Below, piece by piece: positions 16,767 through 22,581 of a DNA stretch of 22,581 bases. The stretch covers positions 1-22,581 of the forward strand of contig CBFGIV010000038.1 in NCBI GenBank assembly GCA_965648915.1. The letters are read 5' to 3'. How positions within the stretch are numbered: position 1 is the first letter of the stretch; each line of letters starts with the position of its first letter. This DNA comes from a candidate division WOR-3 bacterium (GTDB taxonomy: Bacteria > Hydrothermota > Tepidihabitantia > SM23-42 > CAYGYG01). The notes beneath the pieces were generated by a model that made no database searches, was not told the origin of the DNA, and saw nothing but the letters and a program-made list of their open reading frames with translations. Position numbers and translations under genes: made by a program.

Positions 16767-17631
16767 TCTGCACCTGCTCTTTCAGTTTCTCGACCTCTTC
16801 TTTGATCTGCACCACCATCTGACTGATCTCCGCATCGTATGATTTCACGCCAAGGGTGTTTGCCTCTTTAAGCATCTCCTGGAGAAGAAAATTGAGGCGA
16901 CGACCAGGGAAGTCCTCGTTCTCCAGACACTCATTAAATAACTTACAATGACTGTCCAGTCGTTTACACTCTTCAGTAATATCCGAGCGTTCAAGAAAAT
17001 AGAATATCTCTTCTTCAAAACGAGTCCGATCCGGGGTCGGGACATATTCCCGGATCATCTTCTCGAGTTGCTGCCGGTATTTCTTTTCCCGGTTGGGATG
17101 GAGATTTTCAATCTTAGCAATCAATCTCTTAATATTATCAACTCCGGTGATGAGCGATTCGGCGATATTCTTGCCTTCGCGTTTCTTCATCTCAATGAAG
17201 GAATCAATCGCCTGATCAAAAATTTTGCTGAAATACCGGAAGAAGTTCTTTTCATCAATATTGTCCTTGGAGAATTTTATTACTCCCGGATACTGAAAAA
17301 CCGAGTCGATCGACAATGACCCCGATAGTTTATACTTACGTTTGATGCGGCGGGCAAGGGCGATAAGATTTTTGAGTAGAGGTTCTTCAACATCAACCCC
17401 AACTGCCGATGGTTCTTGATCAACCTGGATATAACAGATAATATGTCCCCGTTCAACTTTTGCCCGGACCATCTGACGCAGGTCTTCTTCAAAAGGGAAG
17501 ATGATAGTTGGCCCTTTAATTGAGACTTCAAGAAAACGGTGGTTCTGAGACCTTATTTCAACATCAACGGAAAGTCCCAGTTCTTTAATACGGGCGTTGA
17601 TGCGACTCTGCCCGGTCATACTTCTAATCAT
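16756..17631 (-). CDS. yicC: YicC/YloC family endoribonuclease
   Basis: MIRSMTG, EIRSQNHRFLE, SDITEE..RL.SH, GRRLNFLLQEM.KEANTLGVK, EQVQNVE; conserved position upstream of gmk. Confidence 0.93.
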   Translation of the reverse strand: MIRSMTGQSRINARIKELGLSVDVEIRSQNHRFLEVSIKGPTIIFPFEEDLRQMVRAKVERGHIICYIQVDQEPSAVGVDVEEPLLKNLIALARRIKRKYKLSGSLSIDSVFQYPGVIKFSKDNIDEKNFFRYFSKIFDQAIDSFIEMKKREGKNIAESLITGVDNIKRLIAKIENLHPNREKKYRQQLEKMIREYVPTPDRTRFEEEIFYFLERSDITEECKRLDSHCKLFNECLENEDFPGRRLNFLLQEMLKEANTLGVKSYDAEISQMVVQIKEEVEKLKEQVQNVE

Positions 17632-18076
17632 CCTTGTCTCCTTCAGTTAAAATCAGTGTTACCGGCCCATCGTTTTGTAATTCGACCAGCATCCTGGCTC
17701 CAAATTGGCCACTGGCCACGGTCAGATTTAATTTTTTTAATTGATCGATAAAGTATTCATATAGACTCTTTGCCCTTTCCGGATTTTCAGCCGCAGTGAA
17801 GGATGGCCGGCGGCCATGAGTGGTGTCACCATATAATGTAAATTGGGAGACGACCATTATCGAGCCCTTAATATCAAAGACCGAATGATTCATCTTTCCT
17901 TTTTCATCTTCAAAGATTCTTAAATTGGCGCAGCGCTGGGCAAGGGATTTGGCTATTTCTTCATTGTCATTCTTTTTAATACCAAGAAGGATTAGTAACC
18001 CCCGGTCAATACAAGATATTTCTTCACCATCGACTGACACCCGTGCGGTTTTGACCCGCTGAACGACTGCCTTCAT
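17624..18076 (-). CDS. dtd: D-aminoacyl-tRNA deacylase
   Basis: MKAVVQRV, LRIFEDE.GKMN, SQFTL, GRRPSF, NDGPVT. Confidence 0.97.
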   Translation of the reverse strand: MKAVVQRVKTARVSVDGEEISCIDRGLLILLGIKKNDNEEIAKSLAQRCANLRIFEDEKGKMNHSVFDIKGSIMVVSQFTLYGDTTHGRRPSFTAAENPERAKSLYEYFIDQLKKLNLTVASGQFGARMLVELQNDGPVTLILTEGDKDD

Positions 18077-18651
18077 TTTGTTAACTGCCGAAAGAAGGCT
18101 TCAGCAAATTTCTTTGCTGCGGGTGGCCCGGAAGCGGTAACAATCAGACCACTCACCTGAACATCAGCCTTACTGCAGATTGCTTTATTCCTGGTCAATT
18201 CTTCACGACCTGATGGATAGACCGTAGCCTTTACCCCTTTTAATATATTTGCCCGGGCCAGAACTACCGGGGCAAGACAGATTGCACCGATCGCTTTCTT
18301 GTTCTCATAGAATTCTCGCACAATCCGATGCAGGACTGTATCACTCCAGAGTTTCATTATGCCCATCCCTCCAACAATAATTAAGCCATCGAAATTCTTA
18401 ACATTGATTTCATTGATGGTCAATGATGGCTTAAATCTCATACCGAGCATACCGATCGCTTCGCTTGTATCACTTGAGGCGACTTCTACTGAGACATTCT
18501 TTGATCTCAAAAAATCGAGGGGGATCTTAAGTTCTTCATCTCTGAAGTCCTTTAAGGCGATAACAAATACAACCTTCTTATTCTCATCGATTTTTTGAGA
18601 AAAAAGTAAACTTAAGATTACTGGAAACAGAATAAAAAGTCTTCGATACAT
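18073..18651 (-). CDS. DJ-1/PfpI family protein with an N-terminal signal-peptide-like segment
   Basis: FRDEE (Glu18 equivalent), DGLIIVGGMG, GAICLAP (nucleophilic Cys), TASGP; N-terminus MYRRLFILFPVILSLLFS; SD GGAGG at 18656-18660. Confidence 0.9.
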   Translation of the reverse strand: MYRRLFILFPVILSLLFSQKIDENKKVVFVIALKDFRDEELKIPLDFLRSKNVSVEVASSDTSEAIGMLGMRFKPSLTINEINVKNFDGLIIVGGMGIMKLWSDTVLHRIVREFYENKKAIGAICLAPVVLARANILKGVKATVYPSGREELTRNKAICSKADVQVSGLIVTASGPPAAKKFAEAFFRQLTK

Positions 18652-18719
18652 CTGACCTCCCTTTAAGTTAGTGATTATTGAGTATTGTTATCAGTCACCG
18701 GAATTACGCAGGTAATACA

Positions 18720-18747
18720 ATTATATTTAAGATTTACGGCAAGTCAA
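18720..18747 (-). promoter_or_regulatory. Sigma70 promoter of the DJ-1-dtd-yicC-gmk-nadC operon
   Basis: Minus strand TTGACT (18747-18742), 16 bp, TATAAT (18725-18720). Confidence 0.7.
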
Positions 18748-18900
18748 GATAGTAATTGCTAATAAAACTAAAAAGCAATAAAGTAAATAATAAATTATCT
18801 ATCGCCCTGATAGCTGATCAGACAAAGAGATGAAAATATTGTTCCTGATACAAAACAGAGCGAAAATAAGACCAACCGATCTTAAGTTAGCAGAGCCTGA

Positions 18901-21900
18901 TTATCTCAGGTAGATGACCTTATCTATCCGCGAACAATTCGGCCGATCAATCTGAATAAAGTATACTCCCGCGGACAGGTTTTGAGGTTTCCATTCGATG
19001 TTTCCCTTACCCGTAATTTCACCCTCAAAGATCTTTTCAACCATTCGGCCCGAAGCATCGAAGACCCGGATTGATATATTTTCCTTAGCCGGCAAACTAT
19101 AGGAGATTGAAGTCCGTTTTTTAACCGGATTGGGACAGAGTCGAAAATAAAAGGGTTGAACGATTTTCTCGAGTTCTTCTCCAGCAACCTCGACATTTTT
19201 ATCCCACCAGGACTGGGCACTGTCGGAATTGACAATTGCCAGGGTTGTATCATTACCGCCAACAATTGCGTAGGCAACCCGCACCTTGCCATTAACCGGC
19301 AAATTGAACGGGCCGGCCGAGACACAGACTGACCAGTTATAAGCACGGTTGCTCACCGGCATCCGGATTCGTCCCGAGAGGAAACTATCTTTGACTGCCT
19401 CGGTCATCTGGCTTGAAGGGATTACATACAGGGCATGATCGATCGCCGAGAGATTCCGGGCAACCTTAGGCTGGAGGAGGCGAACACCGCAGACTGGCTG
19501 CATCGTGCTCGACCTTCTCATATAGATAAACCGCCGGACGCTATCGGAGCGGACAATATTGCTGGTCACATTATTATAGATGTCGAAGTCAAACATCATT
19601 CCCGAATAGAAATTGTTAATGGGATTTGACCCCCGATTATAGTAATCAAAACAGACGATTACCCAATCATCATAACCCGGACTGGAAAGGGAGAGGCTCC
19701 ACTGGACAATTTCAAGTCCTTTGGGGGTGGGATGGCCTGCATCATTATAAATCGCTTCATACTCCTCTTCAGCCCGGCGGGGTGGAATAATCGGTCTTAA
19801 GGTGTCAACGATACGAAAGTCCTGATTGATGGTTGATGAGGGACGACCATAGAAGCGGTCAGCAATATAGTTGGCATCGGTTCCGGCCAGCATACTGGCA
19901 TAATACAAGTTGCCGTAGGAAGCAAGTTTTGAATATTTAAATCCCGACCCTTCGCCGTATGGGTAAGTCGTTCCAAATGCTCCATAGGAGGTAACTGTAA
20001 AGGCACAGATACAGGTATCGTGATCGGCCCAGATTGATCTTGGTGTCGGTGGCACACCGACGATCAGTTTCTGGAAAGGTTGCCAGTTCCCTTCATTTGC
20101 AGTTGCATAGACAATAAATTCAACTTCCGTCCCCTGGGGTGTTGAACCAGAGACCTGAATCCGATAATTGTCGCCCCGGGCTGTATCACCGGCATTCATA
20201 TTACCATAGGTTGCAGTCGAATCGATAAAAGTTATGTAGGTTGAAGTGGTCCTCAATCTTCCCTGGACATTTGTTGCACCCGCATTACCGTTGTTTTTGA
20301 GAGTAAAATAGAGATTGACGGTCTCACCCGGATCGAGCCGGCCATTATTATTACCGCCTGAATCATCGAGGCGATGGGATTGATAGACAATGCATGGCCT
20401 TGGTGAACCCGAAGTTACTGAACAGGTTCCTTCATATGGGAGATAGTCTCGGGCAGTAACAGTGACACTCATCGTTCCGGTTGTGGTTGGATAGACAAAG
20501 AGGTCGACCCAGCCCGAAGAGTTGGTGCGACCGACCGCATAGACCTCACTCCCTTTCATTGCACAGACGAGTGCATTTTTAATCGGGTTACCGGAATAAC
20601 TTACCATCACCCTGAAAGTCTGGGGATTCGCCGGAATTGATGAACTGTGGGTAACGGTTATGCGCCTTGGAGTTGTACTCCACATCGGCAATTCGGGATC
20701 ACCAAAAAGGGTCTGTTCATAGACACACCATCTTGTTGCCGCCTGAGACATAGCCAGACTGCGCAGGACATCCTTGGCTGTGCCGTGGGCACTACCAATC
20801 TGGAACTTTTGCCTCAACCAGAAAGATTTGTAAACTTCAAGATCAATCATTTCCGATGGCCCGAGGGCAGGTGGATAGCCGAGACCATAACGGGAATTGA
20901 GCATTGTGGCGATACAGCCACCATTAGGATAGTTAACCAGACTTTCGGCAATACAGTCCTTGCCATCAAAACTTCCACAATCACAGTTTATGGCGTTCAT
21001 AATATCGTATTTGATTCCATTGGTCAGTTGAGAGATCTGTGATATACTGAGGACACTCAATGATGTTGGACTGCCGTGTGCTGCAATATGACAGAATTGA
21101 TAGCCACGACTCAGCGAGTCGCGCGTCGCAGTTGAAGCCGGATCTTTAAGTTTGGCGATCTTCCAGCCACTGGTCGGGAAATAACTTGCAATGATATTAT
21201 TGATTACCTCACCGTGATAGGGTGAGAAGAGCATCTGAGAGGGGAGGAGTAAGGTTTGGACATAGGTTGTGTCAGGCCTTTTGTCAAAGATGGTATCCTT
21301 TCTTATAAAGGTTGCAAGGTTGGTTGCATTATCAATCGGTGCCCGACCAATATAGAGATCGTGGAAGAGATCGACCGTATCACCGATCTCGCCAAAATAA
21401 TTATTTCGATTGCCGTCCCAGGACCACTGGAGATCGGCATAGTACATATCGGTAGGAATACTGCCGACGATCGTGCTCTCTTCTATGTAGAGCCGGGTCT
21501 TGCGGTCAGGAATAATAATATCATCGCCACCCAATAGAACCCATTTCAAACCTTTGTTTTGCCAGTAGTCGCGGATGAAATTTCTAATCTTTTCCTGATT
21601 GTCGCGGCCTGGATAACGGGCATATATAGAATCGGTTCCGACCACTTCGCAATTTACACCTTTTTTAATCTTCCAGTTTTTTAATGCATCCCAGGCAGAA
21701 ACCAGTGAACGGCTGGTGATAATGACATAGTCAACTTCACCCGCCTTACTCTCTTTTACCGCTGGTGCCCATTTATCAACCATTTCAGGATTAGCAACAA
21801 GATCTCTTGCCTCGGCACCAAAGAGTTCAACCTGGCTTTGAGTCAGACTGACCGGTTCATATCGACCCTCTTCAAAATAGATGTTTATTATTAAATTTTT

Positions 21901-22386
21901 ATAAAGCCTCAATCTCCTCTCGGCAGGAAGATACTGAATCGGGAAGAGGATGATGCTGCCAATTCGATAGCCGGAGAGGCAGCCGGTTGGGACCGTCTTT
22001 ACAATCTCGGCTGGATAGGGGAGAGTCGAATTATAGACAGAAGGGTCAGGGCCAACAAAAGGATAACTTTTCTCAGCAGAGAGCGGGCGAATGGTTTGAA
22101 CCGGATAAGGTAAGTATTCACCTGGTAAATCTTCAATCTCTTTTGAGACGATTTCAATGTTAGTTATCTCTGCGGTTGGCGGAAGAAGGAAGTGGTAGGT
22201 GATTGCAGGGAGTAGCGGTTTGCCCTTTTCCCAGGTTGTTGCCTCACCCGGTTTAACAATTAGATCATAGCCCTCGATTTTGGAAAAGGTGAATTCGGTT
22301 GATGAGAATGATATATCTTTTGTTATCACGCCGGCTAATATTATAGCCGGAAACAAAAATATGAAAGCAGCGTAACGGTGCAACAT
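18901..22386 (-). CDS. C25 family (gingipain-like) cysteine peptidase with propeptide, Ig-like domains and T9SS-type C-terminal domain
   Basis: Signal peptide; propeptide (GKPLLP..FLLPP, PIQYLP); YVIIT, WVLLGGD, PTDMYYADL, IGRAP, catalytic dyad HIAAHG / AINCDCG, LFGDPELP; CTD PNPVK..ISYSL..IRVFDASGR..LSAGVYFI..KVIYLR; SD AAGGAGGT at 22391-22398. Confidence 0.92.
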   Translation of the reverse strand: MLHRYAAFIFLFPAIILAGVITKDISFSSTEFTFSKIEGYDLIVKPGEATTWEKGKPLLPAITYHFLLPPTAEITNIEIVSKEIEDLPGEYLPYPVQTIRPLSAEKSYPFVGPDPSVYNSTLPYPAEIVKTVPTGCLSGYRIGSIILFPIQYLPAERRLRLYKNLIINIYFEEGRYEPVSLTQSQVELFGAEARDLVANPEMVDKWAPAVKESKAGEVDYVIITSRSLVSAWDALKNWKIKKGVNCEVVGTDSIYARYPGRDNQEKIRNFIRDYWQNKGLKWVLLGGDDIIIPDRKTRLYIEESTIVGSIPTDMYYADLQWSWDGNRNNYFGEIGDTVDLFHDLYIGRAPIDNATNLATFIRKDTIFDKRPDTTYVQTLLLPSQMLFSPYHGEVINNIIASYFPTSGWKIAKLKDPASTATRDSLSRGYQFCHIAAHGSPTSLSVLSISQISQLTNGIKYDIMNAINCDCGSFDGKDCIAESLVNYPNGGCIATMLNSRYGLGYPPALGPSEMIDLEVYKSFWLRQKFQIGSAHGTAKDVLRSLAMSQAATRWCVYEQTLFGDPELPMWSTTPRRITVTHSSSIPANPQTFRVMVSYSGNPIKNALVCAMKGSEVYAVGRTNSSGWVDLFVYPTTTGTMSVTVTARDYLPYEGTCSVTSGSPRPCIVYQSHRLDDSGGNNNGRLDPGETVNLYFTLKNNGNAGATNVQGRLRTTSTYITFIDSTATYGNMNAGDTARGDNYRIQVSGSTPQGTEVEFIVYATANEGNWQPFQKLIVGVPPTPRSIWADHDTCICAFTVTSYGAFGTTYPYGEGSGFKYSKLASYGNLYYASMLAGTDANYIADRFYGRPSSTINQDFRIVDTLRPIIPPRRAEEEYEAIYNDAGHPTPKGLEIVQWSLSLSSPGYDDWVIVCFDYYNRGSNPINNFYSGMMFDFDIYNNVTSNIVRSDSVRRFIYMRRSSTMQPVCGVRLLQPKVARNLSAIDHALYVIPSSQMTEAVKDSFLSGRIRMPVSNRAYNWSVCVSAGPFNLPVNGKVRVAYAIVGGNDTTLAIVNSDSAQSWWDKNVEVAGEELEKIVQPFYFRLCPNPVKKRTSISYSLPAKENISIRVFDASGRMVEKIFEGEITGKGNIEWKPQNLSAGVYFIQIDRPNCSRIDKVIYLR

Positions 22387-22418
22387 TTTAACCTCCTTAA
22401 AAATTAATAATAATAAAT

Positions 22419-22446
22419 ATATTATTCATTTATTCGAGTCTGTCAA
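22419..22446 (-). promoter_or_regulatory. Putative sigma70 promoter of the C25 gene
   Basis: Minus strand TTGACA (22446-22441), 16 bp, TAATAT (22424-22419). Confidence 0.6.
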
Positions 22447-22506
22447 GCATAAAATGTAGATAGACCTAGACATCGTAACCAGGTGATAAGGATATTAAAA
22501 GGGATA

Positions 22507-22535
22507 TTGACAGAAGAGGGCATTCCCCGTATTAT
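22507..22535 (+). promoter_or_regulatory. Putative sigma70 promoter for a gene starting at the right edge
   Basis: TTGACA (22507-22512), 17 bp, TATTAT (22530-22535). Confidence 0.6.
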
Positions 22536-22576
22536 GGATATTATGAAAAGATTAAAAAAGAAAGGAGGAATGCCCT

Positions 22577-22581
22577 ATGAT
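22577..22581 (+). CDS. Probable start of a CDS running off the right edge
   Basis: AAAGGAGG (22561-22568) followed 8 nt later by ATG at 22577. Confidence 0.45.

Noticed and set aside
18748..18900. AT-rich intergenic stretch as a possible ncRNA, riboswitch or CRISPR remnant
   Set aside because: No direct repeats, stable structure or recognisable riboswitch motif
18896..18910. Small hairpin CCTGA-TTATC-TCAGG spanning the C25 stop codon
   Set aside because: Only a 5-bp stem with no U-tract; too weak to call a terminator
855..21537. Numerous 60-200 aa alternative-frame and antisense ORFs in the ORF track (e.g. 1000-1398, 5744-6172, 7458-8051, 18924-19346, 20647-21042)
   Set aside because: All lie within or overlap well-supported genes, show no recognisable motifs or start signals, and are expected shadow ORFs
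22543..22581. ATG 7 nt after the -10 box (MKRLKKKGGMPYD...) as a leaderless ORF or leader peptide
   Set aside because: Truncated by the window edge and out of frame with the better SD-supported ATG at 22577; cannot be evaluated

Overview
A 22.6 kb bacterial chromosomal window of housekeeping and cell-envelope genes, with no mobile element or CRISPR array visible. It likely comes from a non-Bacteroidota FCB-type lineage (inference): it encodes a C25 gingipain-like protease with a T9SS-type C-terminal domain, yet uses canonical TTGACA/TATAAT promoters and Shine-Dalgarno sites. Contents: tRNA-Arg(TCT), tRNA-His(GTG), an M24 Xaa-Pro peptidase; a minus-strand PhzF-like / radical SAM / GT-C glycosyltransferase unit; aspS; a stand-alone PUA-like protein; a plus-strand operon of two M42 aminopeptidases, an M23 peptidase, two Rmd/Gmd-like GDP-sugar SDRs and a GT-C (PMT/ArnT-like) enzyme; a minus-strand operon DJ-1/PfpI-dtd-yicC-gmk-nadC followed by a DUF2723/TMEM260-like TPR protein; and the C25 protease. 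Main observations: (1) a candidate protein O-glycosylation system, with three GT-C enzymes, GDP-sugar enzymes and a secreted protein in which all 14 D-S/T dipeptides fit the Bacteroidota-type O-glycosylation sequon; (2) near-consensus promoters mostly with a 16-bp spacer, several apparently producing leaderless mRNAs, including a 56-bp bidirectional promoter whose two -35 boxes overlap. All family calls are from motif recognition by eye, not database searches.
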